Positions 27,273 through 36,546 of a stretch of 42,288 bases of DNA are shown one piece after another; the stretch's first letter is position 1, and the number at the start of each line of letters is the position of its first letter. The position numbers and the translations under genes were made by a program. The stretch is from a virus (lineage: Duplodnaviria > Caudoviricetes). Location: positions 1-42,288 of the IMG/VR virus record IMGVR_UViG_3300017560_000006, one strand, 5' to 3'. The notes below the pieces were generated by a model. It saw only the letters and a list, made by a program, of their open reading frames with translations, was not told the DNA's origin and made no database searches.

Positions 27273-28228
27273 AAGGCTTCTGCCTCCTGTTTCATCGACG
27301 CGACACGCGCCAAGAGTCTATCGAACGCGGGGCGCATAACCTGCTGCACGAGCGGGCCAAGGTAGACGAGGCAATCGTCCGCCGCAGCACCCGCATCACG
27401 GCGCATCCAGAGTAAGGACATTTGCTCCGCAAGACGGTCTGGCCACGCGTCCCCGTAGTAGGTACGGTATAGTGCACCGACCACCCGGAACGCAGACGAG
27501 TTGTCCGTGACATTATTCTGCTCCAGAATTTTAAGCGCTGTCTTCTCACCGATCAGCTTGGCCTTGCCATTGACGACGTACTTCGGCAGGCCGGGGATAC
27601 AATCCACGTCATCACCCATCAAGCACTGCAACCAGAAGAAGAACTCGCCATGCCAGTGGCCGTCTATCCCCTCGATACGGAACTCTCCGGGTGCCATGTA
27701 CGTCAGTAGGAAGGACTTCCAGTCCAAGTGCCAGCCGGGAATCATGCGCCAGTCCTTGTCGGCACAGGTCAGGCAGGCCAGCTGCGGGCCGAGCACCATC
27801 GCGTGGTACGCGGCACCGTCGTCGGCCTCGCGGTCGCCCCAAGTCTTCACCCGGAACAGCCCATCGCCACCTGTCTGCATCCAGTCCCGCAGGTACTCCC
27901 AGTTCTTGGGCTTGTGGCCTTTGCGTTTCCACTGGTAGCCGTTCACGGTTGCGATGCAGTACCTGTCACCCTTTGTGCTGCCGCTGTCAGTTACGTGGAC
28001 TACGATCTTCTCGCAGCCACCCATTACCATCTGCCGTTGCAGCCGCTCCTTGGCTGCGTTGCGTGACTCGCCGGGGCTAGTGTCCTCGTTGCCACCACAG
28101 TAGTAAGCGAGGTAGTCACCATCCGCGATCAGCACCCGCCCCGGCACAACCGCCGGGACAGGTAGAGCTTGCGGCATTGCCTGCTCGGCGGCAGCCTTGG
28201 CGATGGCCTCAGCTACCGCGTCGATCAC
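27260..28228 (-). CDS. 5'-3' exonuclease (T7 gp6 / FEN-like)
   Basis: DGDYLAY, READD, DKDWRMIPG, QCLMGDDVDCIPGL. Confidence 0.92.
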   Translation of the reverse strand: MIDAVAEAIAKAAAEQAMPQALPVPAVVPGRVLIADGDYLAYYCGGNEDTSPGESRNAAKERLQRQMVMGGCEKIVVHVTDSGSTKGDRYCIATVNGYQWKRKGHKPKNWEYLRDWMQTGGDGLFRVKTWGDREADDGAAYHAMVLGPQLACLTCADKDWRMIPGWHLDWKSFLLTYMAPGEFRIEGIDGHWHGEFFFWLQCLMGDDVDCIPGLPKYVVNGKAKLIGEKTALKILEQNNVTDNSSAFRVVGALYRTYYGDAWPDRLAEQMSLLWMRRDAGAAADDCLVYLGPLVQQVMRPAFDRLLARVASMKQEAEALCRN

Positions 28229-29103
28229 AGTACACCCGCCAGTGGATCCTCGGCTGCGGTGTCAGCAACCGCGCCGGACAAGTTGGTGTCAACTAGCGGG
28301 TCAGCCTCTGGATCCGCGACCGTAGTATCGGAGGAACCAGCCAGTGGGCTTTCGCTCAGGTCCAGTGCCTCCTCCCCGAGGATCGCCTTGATTGGGCTGG
28401 TCGCAAAGTTCTTGGCCGACCGAATCTTGTCCTGCAACACGTTCTTGCTGCGGGCTGGCTTGCCGTCCTTCGCTTCGTACTCCCCGTCGATGAACAGGCT
28501 GTCCCACATTTCCTTCGATGCGTAGTCCCACAGGAACACCTTGAAGTCAGGGCTTGCTACGGCAGGCGCCGGTACAGCCACCTTGGTCTGGTTCTCAGGG
28601 TCGAGCGGGTCGCCATTGATTACCACCGGCGCGGAGAAGTTGTAGCCGTTCGGACCCTTGAAGGTAGCGTAGGTCTTCTTTCCATCCTTCGACTTGTCGT
28701 GGTAGACAGTGCCGAGGAAGTGGCGACCAACCAGCTGGGCCATGTGAGTGGCCTGGCCGTCGTAGTTGAGCTGGTTGAAGATCTTGAAGAAGTTGGCCTT
28801 CTCATTCGAGGACAGCTTCTCGGTCACGGTGATGCGCTTGCACACCAGTTTGCCGTCAACGACCTCGCCCTTGTTCTTGCCACCGTTCAGCTCGAAGATC
28901 AGCTGTACGTCGTTGCTGTCATAGCTGGGCTTGTTTGGGATGTCGTGCTGGTGGATACCCACCTCGACGTAGCCGACCAGTGTGATGACGGACAGGCCCG
29001 CCTCTGGTGGCACGTAGTCGCCGCCGCTGGTGGCCTCGCCTTGGTTAACTTGCTGGGCTGCCTTGGCAATGGCTGCTGCTACTGCTGCTTGGACTGCGCT
29101 CAT
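28225..29103 (-). CDS. Conserved replication protein, putative ssDNA-binding protein with acidic tail
   Basis: GYVEVGIH, LIFEL, EKANFFKIFNQLNY; acidic disordered C-terminus; between polymerase and exonuclease as in phiKMV-like phages. Confidence 0.6.
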   Translation of the reverse strand: MSAVQAAVAAAIAKAAQQVNQGEATSGGDYVPPEAGLSVITLVGYVEVGIHQHDIPNKPSYDSNDVQLIFELNGGKNKGEVVDGKLVCKRITVTEKLSSNEKANFFKIFNQLNYDGQATHMAQLVGRHFLGTVYHDKSKDGKKTYATFKGPNGYNFSAPVVINGDPLDPENQTKVAVPAPAVASPDFKVFLWDYASKEMWDSLFIDGEYEAKDGKPARSKNVLQDKIRSAKNFATSPIKAILGEEALDLSESPLAGSSDTTVADPEADPLVDTNLSGAVADTAAEDPLAGVL

Positions 29104-31391
29104 GCTGCTTTCCTCATGTAATCTTGACGTAGTATTTCGCGGTAATGCTTCGCCCGTTCCTTCACGTTGGGCACTTCGTCCTCAACGATCATGCTCGGGC
29201 CGTAGGTTGTTTCACTCGGAACGTGTACCGGCTGCGGCCAGCCGAAGTAGAACTCCATGAACTCGGACGCGCTCTCCATGCAGGCATGCAGCAGGGCTGC
29301 GGCCTCGTCCTTGACATCATTGTGGAAGTCACCGTAGCAGGCGTCATGCACCTGAGATACCAGCAACGCCTTGCCGTCGAAGTTGTTGACCTTGTAGAAT
29401 GCACGGACTGCCAACCACATGGCTGCCTTCGCCCACTCACCACCGCCGCCTTGAACCGGATAGTTCTTGACCTCGGTCGGCATGAAGTTGGAGAACTTTC
29501 CGGTGGCCCGTATAACGAAGTCCGGTGCGCAGCTCTCGATCCACGCATACAGCTTGCCGCATGGATCACGCCAGTACCCAGTACGCAGCTCAACCTGCTT
29601 GGCTGGGTAGCTTGGGTGTGGCACGACCTTGCGGATGCCGCGCTTGTTGGCTTCGATGCTGGCCGTCAGCTTCTCGTACCACGGGGCCACCTCGGGGTAG
29701 CGCTCGTTGTCCGCCTTACGCAGGGCCGCGACTTCCTCAATGTCCATGCCAGTGGTGGCTGCAATCGCTGCGTCACCTGCACCGTATGCCGACTGGAAGC
29801 TGTACTCCTTGGCGTCCTTACGCTTCTTGATCCAGTCAGGATCCTTGAGGCGCTTAACCTGATCGACCACGAACTCGTAGTCTACGCCAGCCTTGGCCGC
29901 TGCCTTCACGCAGTGCATGTCGAGACCAGCCAGCAGGTCAGCGATCAGCTGCTTGTCACCAGTGAGCACGGCTTGGATGTACACTTCCAGCGACGTGAAG
30001 TCCGACTGGCAGATAACACCGTCCGGCCCGAAGCGGCTGACGAACACCGACTTAACCTGCGACTTGCTCTTGCCCGACAGGTTCTGCAGGTTGGGGTTGG
30101 ACGAGGAGAAACGTGCGGTCACAGTGGCCGTGTGGTTGAACTGTCCATGGATGCAGCCGTCCTCCTGCACCAACGTCAGCATCCCCTTGTCCTCACCGGT
30201 CTTGGGATCCTTCGTGATGTAGTAGGTGGTCAAGTCCTTGGACATGCCAGCCAGTTTGCTCAGGTCTTTCAGGAACGGAACGTCACGATTACCGAGTGCC
30301 TCGATCACCTCACCGGAAACAGAATACACCCCGTCAGTGGCGGTTGCCCAAGCGGGTTCCGGCTTGGTGTAGCCGGGGAATGTGTAGTACCGGTCAGCCT
30401 TGCGAGTCTTCTGCCCGCGCTCGATATCAGGGAGCGTGACCTGCTTGGTCTTCGCCTGCCCTTGGTTCTTGCCACTCTTCACATACACGATGTCAGGATC
30501 CATCATGTCTGCTGTCGTGGTCCCGTCCGTCTTGACGTAGTGCACCTCCTTCTTCTGGAAGTAGACAGGCTGCATGTCATCATCGAACAGAGGCTCGTCC
30601 ACCTCGTACTTCACCTGCCCGCCGAAGATCAGCGCCGACTGCTGGTGGCGGCTGGTCCACTTGAACTCGAACGGCAAGTCCTTGGGGATGTAGTTGTCCA
30701 GCTGCATCTTGAGCTGGCAGATATCAGCCGCCAGTTCCTGCGCTAGCATCAGGCCGCGTTCCTTGTCCACCGCCATGCCGTTGCGTTCGGCTTCGATGGT
30801 GTACACGAGGCTGCCCATGTTGAGCATCAGGCTCTTGGTCTGGCCGACCTGCTTGGCCCGCTGGTACTGGCCGAGGAAGCACAGCTCGGTGTTGGTCAAG
30901 TCGCCCGGCAGGTACTTGAGCATCAGGTCGTCAGGGATATCAGGCGTGTCGATGCCTGCTTCCCACATGGCCTTGACCTCATCCACCTTGAGCACGCCGC
31001 CGTACCGAGGTGCCACCTCGTCGAGGCTAAGGTACTGCGCCTCGGGCAGCATACCCTCCAGCAGGTACTCGGCCAACTGACAGTCCCACAACTGGCCACC
31101 GTTCACGATCCACTGGCGCCATGCCTCGAACCCTTCCGGGTCGTTGGCGATACCATGCAGGATGTCGAACTTGATGTTGAACCCAACGAGGATCTTAGGT
31201 GAGTATGTCGAGAGGATCCTCGCCAGCCACCCCTTGCACTTCTCCGGCGCCGTTATCCGTGTGCAGTCCACCTCCCCCTTCAAGGGCTTGGCTCCCGTCC
31301 ACACCGTCCAGTTCAGCTTGTCGAACGGGTTGGCTTTGCGTTGGAACGACGCCCGGATTGTCGTCTCCACGTCCACTGTTAACACTGACAT
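29100..31391 (-). CDS. Family A DNA polymerase with 3'-5' exonuclease domain
   Basis: DVETT, GFNIKFD, TARFSSSNPNLQN, SDFTSLE, KEYSFQSAYG, NYPVQG, VHDA. Confidence 0.97.
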   Translation of the reverse strand: MSVLTVDVETTIRASFQRKANPFDKLNWTVWTGAKPLKGEVDCTRITAPEKCKGWLARILSTYSPKILVGFNIKFDILHGIANDPEGFEAWRQWIVNGGQLWDCQLAEYLLEGMLPEAQYLSLDEVAPRYGGVLKVDEVKAMWEAGIDTPDIPDDLMLKYLPGDLTNTELCFLGQYQRAKQVGQTKSLMLNMGSLVYTIEAERNGMAVDKERGLMLAQELAADICQLKMQLDNYIPKDLPFEFKWTSRHQQSALIFGGQVKYEVDEPLFDDDMQPVYFQKKEVHYVKTDGTTTADMMDPDIVYVKSGKNQGQAKTKQVTLPDIERGQKTRKADRYYTFPGYTKPEPAWATATDGVYSVSGEVIEALGNRDVPFLKDLSKLAGMSKDLTTYYITKDPKTGEDKGMLTLVQEDGCIHGQFNHTATVTARFSSSNPNLQNLSGKSKSQVKSVFVSRFGPDGVICQSDFTSLEVYIQAVLTGDKQLIADLLAGLDMHCVKAAAKAGVDYEFVVDQVKRLKDPDWIKKRKDAKEYSFQSAYGAGDAAIAATTGMDIEEVAALRKADNERYPEVAPWYEKLTASIEANKRGIRKVVPHPSYPAKQVELRTGYWRDPCGKLYAWIESCAPDFVIRATGKFSNFMPTEVKNYPVQGGGGEWAKAAMWLAVRAFYKVNNFDGKALLVSQVHDACYGDFHNDVKDEAAALLHACMESASEFMEFYFGWPQPVHVPSETTYGPSMIVEDEVPNVKERAKHYREILRQDYMRKAA

Positions 31392-32682
31392 TTAAAGCAG
31401 CCTCCTTGACAGAGTAGAACCTGCCCTCGGTAGCAGCAAAGACGACCTCGGCAGCAGGGCTCCGCTTCTGTCCCTCGACGTGTAGCTTGTTCTTGGTAAG
31501 CCCAAGGAACCGAATGTTCTCGTAGGCCGGTTCATTCTTTTTGCCGAGCGTGATAATGAAATCCGCCGCGCCCTGCTTACCAGTCTTGCTGTCCTTGAGC
31601 ATGCCAAGTGTGGGGTACGCGAGACCCTCGCCGTCAGCGGAGACCTGCGAAGTCGCAAGAGCCACACACCGGTATCGTACCGCAAGCTCACGCGCCCATT
31701 GATACATGCCTTCCAGTATCTGGTCGGTGCGTTGCCCACCATTGAGCACATCCCCGTCGAACTTGATGTTGTCGATCATGTCGAACACCACCAATCCCGG
31801 CTGCGTCTGTTTGATAATCTCCTCGATCTGCCACGACTTGTAGCCGTGCACGTCGAGAACCCTGATGCGTAGCAGGTCGCCGCCGATAGCCTCGGTATAC
31901 TTCTGCCACAGCTGGCCGTCCTTCTGTAGCTGGACGATCTTACTAGCTGGCAAACCCAGCGCCGCCTGAATGATCCGCTCTTGGATGCGCTCGCCTGGCC
32001 CCTCGTTGTTGAACCAGATGATAGGGCGGTTGGCATTCTCGAAGTACGCGGGTAGCTGCGGTGCGATGTAGGTAATCTCGCTCGCAATGAACGAGGTCTT
32101 GCCTGCGTCGGGACGCGCTGCCAAGATGCCGAAGTCACCGGCCCGCAGCTTACGCATACACAAGTTGAGCGGCTCGCTGCGCCAGTGCAGCCCAGCCTCC
32201 AGCACTGCATCCTTGAACAGGTTGTCGCCAATGGGAACGAAAGGGATCTTGACCTTGCGGCTAAGGTCCGCCTCGAAGTCATCGACCAACCGGCGCAGCA
32301 TCTGGCCGGGGCTTATCTCGTCACCCCGTGTCCAGCGGTCAGCGATGTCTGCCACCAGCACAGCAAGGTTCGACTCCAGCAACTTGGTCACGAGTACATC
32401 GCGCACCTCGTCGCTTGGGTCAGCCGCACACTGCCGGAAGATCTGGCGGTATACAGCCATGTCCTCCTCCTTGATGGTGCGGTGTGCCACGGTGAACCAC
32501 GTCGCAAACTCCCCGGCCAAGGGTATGGTTGTGCACTCGGGGAACTCGTCAAAGAACTTGCCGAAGTCACCGAGCACAGTGGTTGTACGAATGTCGAACG
32601 CCCGGTCATTGACTGCGCGGTGCAGCCGGACGTACTCCTTGCGATGCTTCATGACTTGAAGCAGAGTAATGTCAAGAGACAT
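31195..32682 (-). CDS. DnaB-like (SF4) replicative helicase; C-terminal 65 codons overlap the polymerase gene
   Basis: ARPDAGKTS Walker A, NNEG, VVFDMID, TSQ, SKTGKQGAADFIITLG, KNK. Confidence 0.93.
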   Translation of the reverse strand: MSLDITLLQVMKHRKEYVRLHRAVNDRAFDIRTTTVLGDFGKFFDEFPECTTIPLAGEFATWFTVAHRTIKEEDMAVYRQIFRQCAADPSDEVRDVLVTKLLESNLAVLVADIADRWTRGDEISPGQMLRRLVDDFEADLSRKVKIPFVPIGDNLFKDAVLEAGLHWRSEPLNLCMRKLRAGDFGILAARPDAGKTSFIASEITYIAPQLPAYFENANRPIIWFNNEGPGERIQERIIQAALGLPASKIVQLQKDGQLWQKYTEAIGGDLLRIRVLDVHGYKSWQIEEIIKQTQPGLVVFDMIDNIKFDGDVLNGGQRTDQILEGMYQWARELAVRYRCVALATSQVSADGEGLAYPTLGMLKDSKTGKQGAADFIITLGKKNEPAYENIRFLGLTKNKLHVEGQKRSPAAEVVFAATEGRFYSVKEAALNVSVNSGRGDDNPGVVPTQSQPVRQAELDGVDGSQALEGGGGLHTDNGAGEVQGVAGEDPLDILT

Positions 32683-33490
32683 TCATTGCCGCCTCCTCTA
32701 TGAACCGCGCAACTTCGGCGCGGCTATGGTTCTTGGGATCCTTCGGACTGTTCACGACGGCGTGCCGCACACCTGCCAGCGATAGGGTGCGAGCTACCTT
32801 GGCGGCACCATCCCAGCCCGCCCCGTCAGGGTCGAGCCAGATGAGGACTGGCCTGCCGTCATTCATAATCCGGGTGAGTACCTCGGGGCACAGCTTGACC
32901 CCCATCAGAGACCATGCCTCAGTGGCCATGCCGACACGCATGGCGCTCAGTATGTCCTCGGTCAATACGATGGTACTGCCCTGCCCGAAGCGTGGCACCA
33001 CGGACCCACGGGGCACCACTGGGTTGATGTACTTGGCGCCCTTGTCACCGAAGATACGCCGGGCCTGCCAGTATACCAGCTCGCCGTCCTCCATCACTGG
33101 TATAACCACACGTTTGGTTGGCTCGTGGTAATAGAACCCAAGGCGCTCGATGTCCTCGTTGGTGAGGGCTGCCTTGTATAGCCACACGCGGGCCTCCAGT
33201 GGCCAGCTGGCGATGTCTGTGTTGCATGGTGTAGGTGGGGTAGGGTCACGTTCGAGAGCCACCTCTGCGGCTAGCTCCTGCTGCTGTAGCGCCAGCCTCT
33301 CGTGCAGGTTGAGGGGTGGCACACCCTTGAAGTCGGAGTCATCGCAGCGGAAGCAGTAGGCCGACCAGCCCTTGGCTGTGCGGTTGCACATCAGTACCTC
33401 ACCCGGACCACAGTCATGCGGGAACCGGCCCCGCCCTCCTACCGGCAGGGTCTCGGCGTGGTGTATCCAAGACTCCCGCCGCAGGGTCAT
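32672..33490 (-). CDS. DNA primase (zinc finger plus TOPRIM)
   Basis: HDC...YCFRC zinc site, YWQAR, KYIN, TEDILSA, WLDPDGAG, KDPK; start probably MTLRRESW. Confidence 0.92.
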   Translation of the reverse strand: MTLRRESWIHHAETLPVGGRGRFPHDCGPGEVLMCNRTAKGWSAYCFRCDDSDFKGVPPLNLHERLALQQQELAAEVALERDPTPPTPCNTDIASWPLEARVWLYKAALTNEDIERLGFYYHEPTKRVVIPVMEDGELVYWQARRIFGDKGAKYINPVVPRGSVVPRFGQGSTIVLTEDILSAMRVGMATEAWSLMGVKLCPEVLTRIMNDGRPVLIWLDPDGAGWDGAAKVARTLSLAGVRHAVVNSPKDPKNHSRAEVARFIEEAAMNVS

Positions 33491-33618
33491 GACAATAGGC
33501 TCGTTACATACAGTACACCGAGACACACGCCCACTGTTGCGGATAGACCGGCCACCACAAGAAGTGATACCTCAAGGATGTCTCGTATACTTCCGGGACT
33601 AGCAGGCGGGCGACTCAT
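33487..33618 (-). CDS. 43-aa membrane microprotein
   Basis: ATGA overlaps at both ends; hydrophobic VSLLVVAGLSATVGVCLGVLYVTSLLS. Confidence 0.5.
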   Translation of the reverse strand: MSRPPASPGSIRDILEVSLLVVAGLSATVGVCLGVLYVTSLLS

Positions 33619-33734
33619 GACAGCAGCCCGAACCCGGACACCACGTCATAGCCGTAGCCACCAGCCACTATGATGAACAACCACAGTGGTACGCGGACCT
33701 GCGACTCCAGCATTTCGATCAGCTTGTCAGCCAT
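33615..33734 (-). CDS. 39-aa membrane microprotein
   Basis: TGATG-coupled start; VPLWLFIIVAGGYGY hydrophobic stretch. Confidence 0.5.
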   Translation of the reverse strand: MADKLIEMLESQVRVPLWLFIIVAGGYGYDVVSGFGLLS

Positions 33735-33991
33735 CAGTGCTTGCTCCCATATAGCTGCTTGCCATACGCCAGCCGGTTGCGCCGGGCGTTGCCTTCGAGT
33801 GCCAGCACCGCAGAGGTGACTAGCATCTTGGGGTCCCGTGCCTGCGCCAGCTGCTCATGCTGGATGGCAATGCGGTTGAAGAAATCGCCGTCGTCGCAGT
33901 GGACATACAGCGCTGTGTCATCCTGCACTGTGAACCAGCGCAGGCCGACCACACCCTTGAGTGCAGCCGGGGACTTGATGAGTGACTCCAT
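33734..33991 (-). CDS. Hypothetical protein
   Basis: 85 aa ORF with GGGAG SD. Confidence 0.6.
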   Translation of the reverse strand: MESLIKSPAALKGVVGLRWFTVQDDTALYVHCDDGDFFNRIAIQHEQLAQARDPKMLVTSAVLALEGNARRNRLAYGKQLYGSKH

Positions 33992-34051
33992 AGATTACTC
34001 CCACGATTGCTGTTGCCAGCAACACGAACGCAAGCGCCTGGCCAGCCCGGA

Positions 34052-34759
34052 TCATTTCAGCTCACTCCAGAACACCAGCAAATCTCGCACGCCACTGGTA
34101 ACAGGCAGGCCTTTGTGCAGCGTGGCCTTACCATGGAACAGCAGGGCGTGGCCCTTACCCAGTGGCGGTACTTCAACGCAAGACAACGCACCAGTCTTCA
34201 ACGCGGTGCCACCACCATCGAATGCAGCCGGGTCAAGGCTTACCACGGCAGTGATGTCGCTGTCCTCGTCCACATGCCAGTGCCCGTGGGCTGTGTTCTC
34301 CGGCGTGTACTTGGCGAACTGGATCGACCGCATGATCTTCGGCTTGTGCCCGTAGACTACAGAGCACACGGCCTCGAACACACGACCGAACAGGATCGAC
34401 AGCGAGACGTGCAGGTTGTTGCAGTGCTCGGCTACCACCAGCTCGGGGATCTGATACGGAGTCTCTTCGTCTGGGTTGACTGCGTACTCCCCAATGGCTG
34501 CGGCCTCGACCAACAACTTGTCGCAGTACTCAGGTGACAGGAACGGCACACGGTATGCTCGGGTATCTGGTATGCGCTTATGCTCCAGCCAAAGGATTGC
34601 ACGGAGCACAGCATCGCCGTACTCCCACGGTTCTTGCTCTTGCTTGCGCTCGTCGAGGTTGCGGGCCAGTGCCTCAAGCGCGGGCAAATGGAGACGCAGC
34701 TCCGGGTGGAGCCACGCCTCCTGCGGTATACAGGTCAGCCCGTCTACCAGAAGGTGCAT
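34052..34759 (-). CDS. 2OG-Fe(II) oxygenase, lysyl/prolyl-hydroxylase-like
   Basis: PFLSPEYCDKL, WHVD (HxD), FDGGGT, KGHALLFHG, LHKGLPVTSGVR (distal His and 2OG-binding Arg). Confidence 0.9.
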   Translation of the reverse strand: MHLLVDGLTCIPQEAWLHPELRLHLPALEALARNLDERKQEQEPWEYGDAVLRAILWLEHKRIPDTRAYRVPFLSPEYCDKLLVEAAAIGEYAVNPDEETPYQIPELVVAEHCNNLHVSLSILFGRVFEAVCSVVYGHKPKIMRSIQFAKYTPENTAHGHWHVDEDSDITAVVSLDPAAFDGGGTALKTGALSCVEVPPLGKGHALLFHGKATLHKGLPVTSGVRDLLVFWSELK

Positions 34760-34762
34760 GCC

Positions 34763-35203
34763 TTAGCTGATTTGCACAGCGTTCAGCGATGCTTCGACTT
34801 CTGCCGACAGCGGGTTGTTCAGCAGTGCGTCAACGTCGGCCTGGTCCTGATCCACCACTGGCTCCTCGGTCGGTTGCTCGGCTGGCGGGTTCACGCTCAC
34901 CAGCTCGGCCACCTTGACGCGGTAGACTGCAGTATCCAGACCCTCGCCAGCGATAACCTGTACCACGTCCACGCTATCGACCACGGCACGGGCGATGACG
35001 GAACCACGCAGGGTGCGGCGGGTCTCGGCACGGCCAACCTTGAACTCGACGGTATCACCGGCGCCGACGTTGGCGAATGCTGCCTTGGCTGCTTCGGCCT
35101 TGCGCAGTTCGGCCAGTGCTTCGGTGTCCTTGGCGATGCGCGCTTCGAGCTGGGCGATCTTCTCGGCTGGAGTCAGTACTTTACGTTGGGCTTGTTCGGT
35201 CAT
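34763..35203 (-). CDS. Hypothetical protein (coiled coil, SH3-like beta domain, acidic tail)
   Basis: GAGGA SD; first gene after the middle phage promoter. Confidence 0.7.
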   Translation of the reverse strand: MTEQAQRKVLTPAEKIAQLEARIAKDTEALAELRKAEAAKAAFANVGAGDTVEFKVGRAETRRTLRGSVIARAVVDSVDVVQVIAGEGLDTAVYRVKVAELVSVNPPAEQPTEEPVVDQDQADVDALLNNPLSAEVEASLNAVQIS

Positions 35204-35349
35204 GATTTATTCCTCGGTAATATTTAGGTCGGCAATATGCCGTGGGCGAAGTGCGCCCGCTGTGTGCACTGGTAGCTGTTGAATAGGGCAGCAAGTTAGT
35301 GTCATCCCCTTCTCCTGTTACACCCCAATGCACACAACAAACTTCCTCG

Positions 35350-35368
35350 GACCATATAGTAGGCCAAT
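35350..35368 (-). promoter_or_regulatory. Phage RNAP promoter opening the replication module
   Basis: ATTGGCCTACTATATGGTC; overlaps the upstream TGA. Confidence 0.85.
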
Positions 35369-35628
35369 CAGAATGCGGAGTTACCGTTGTCCCTCTTGCA
35401 TTCGTACAGCCACTTGTTGAGTTCAATCAGTGTGGCATCACGCGGTGCATCTTTGAGGATGCTGGCCATGCAGGACTCGTGCAGGTCGAGCTGTTCTTGC
35501 TCGGCCCACGCATAGCCGTAGGTTATTGGTGTCGCTGGCCCGGCTGGTGTACTGCACCCAGTGACCGAAGCCAGCAGTGTGAACCCGAGTACGAACGCCA
35601 TCGTACTGAACATCAGCCGGGCGCCCAT
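35368..35628 (-). CDS. Putative early lipoprotein
   Basis: Hydrophobic signal ending in a VTGC lipobox. Confidence 0.6.
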   Translation of the reverse strand: MGARLMFSTMAFVLGFTLLASVTGCSTPAGPATPITYGYAWAEQEQLDLHESCMASILKDAPRDATLIELNKWLYECKRDNGNSAF

Positions 35629-35885
35629 TACAGCAGCCCGCCCAGCTTGCTAGCCAGAGCGTTGGCCTTGTCGGCGTGGCGCTCGTGGGTGTCGGCCTTG
35701 GCATACAGGCTAGCACGGTACTGTTTGCCAGCCTTGACCATGTTGTCGATGGTCTCCTGCTCCTTGCGCAGGTGATGCCCGCCCTTGCCGTAGTTGTGGG
35801 CTGCTTGCTTGGCATGGCGGCTGGCCTCGTAGCTCAGCAGCTTGGCCAGCACCTTGATTGCACGTTCGATGGTTGAGAGGATCAT
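35628..35885 (-). CDS. Hypothetical basic helical protein
   Basis: 85 aa, overlaps both neighbours. Confidence 0.6.
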   Translation of the reverse strand: MILSTIERAIKVLAKLLSYEASRHAKQAAHNYGKGGHHLRKEQETIDNMVKAGKQYRASLYAKADTHERHADKANALASKLGGLL

Positions 35886-36358
35886 GGCTTCACCTTGACT
35901 GTCAGTTCGGCTACTATGGTTTGTTGTTCGGCAACGATGATGTACTCGGTGCCGGGCTGGTCACGCGCTGCTTGCTCGGCTTCCTTGCGAGCAGCGGACA
36001 GGCAGCTGAACGGGCCGTTAGCCTGTTCGGTTTCCCGGTCGATAACCCAGTGCCGGGTGTTGGCAGGAACAACCACGGGCGCCGCCTTGTCCGGACGCTT
36101 GCCACGGTTGCGGTGTTCGGCCAGTGCTGCAACACCGACAGGCGTCATGTCCCACCGGCAATACTGCTGGTCATCCTTGTATGTAGTTACCATCCCACGT
36201 TCCCGCAGTTGTAGACCAATCTGCGGAGTGTGGCACAAGTCCCACCGATCACCGTGCAGAAGCTTCATGTAGCGGGCCAGGCTGTCTGTCCGTCTGTGGA
36301 CTGGATGGGACTGGTTGATATGATCCAACAACAGAGCTTGGTCTTTAGTCAGTTGCAT
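35882..36358 (-). CDS. Hypothetical protein
   Basis: 158 aa, overlapping start and stop; C-terminal AEQAARDQPGTEYII. Confidence 0.65.
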   Translation of the reverse strand: MQLTKDQALLLDHINQSHPVHRRTDSLARYMKLLHGDRWDLCHTPQIGLQLRERGMVTTYKDDQQYCRWDMTPVGVAALAEHRNRGKRPDKAAPVVVPANTRHWVIDRETEQANGPFSCLSAARKEAEQAARDQPGTEYIIVAEQQTIVAELTVKVKP

Positions 36359-36546
36359 TGCTCATAGTCCTCTTGCAGTTGGAGACCGTAGGCAAGCATG
36401 CCCTCGTGTCGTAGTGCAACGTCGGTGCCGGTGTCTGGACCAAAGCCCATACTTGCCAGCACGTCAACGTCGTTGTCTTCGGGCATGGACTCTGCATGAT
36501 ACAGAGCGTCCTCGCTCGGGATTGGGAACTCATTATCTCGGATCAT
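36349..36546 (-). CDS. Small acidic hypothetical protein
   Basis: 65 aa, D/E-rich, overlaps the kinase stop. Confidence 0.55.
   Translation of the reverse strand: MIRDNEFPIPSEDALYHAESMPEDNDVDVLASMGFGPDTGTDVALRHEGMLAYGLQLQEDYEQCN

Noticed and set aside
31392-31406. prfB-like +1 frameshift signal AGGAGG-CTG-CTT-TAA
   Set aside because: It is in a shadow frame, not the helicase frame; the SD is explained by the polymerase start
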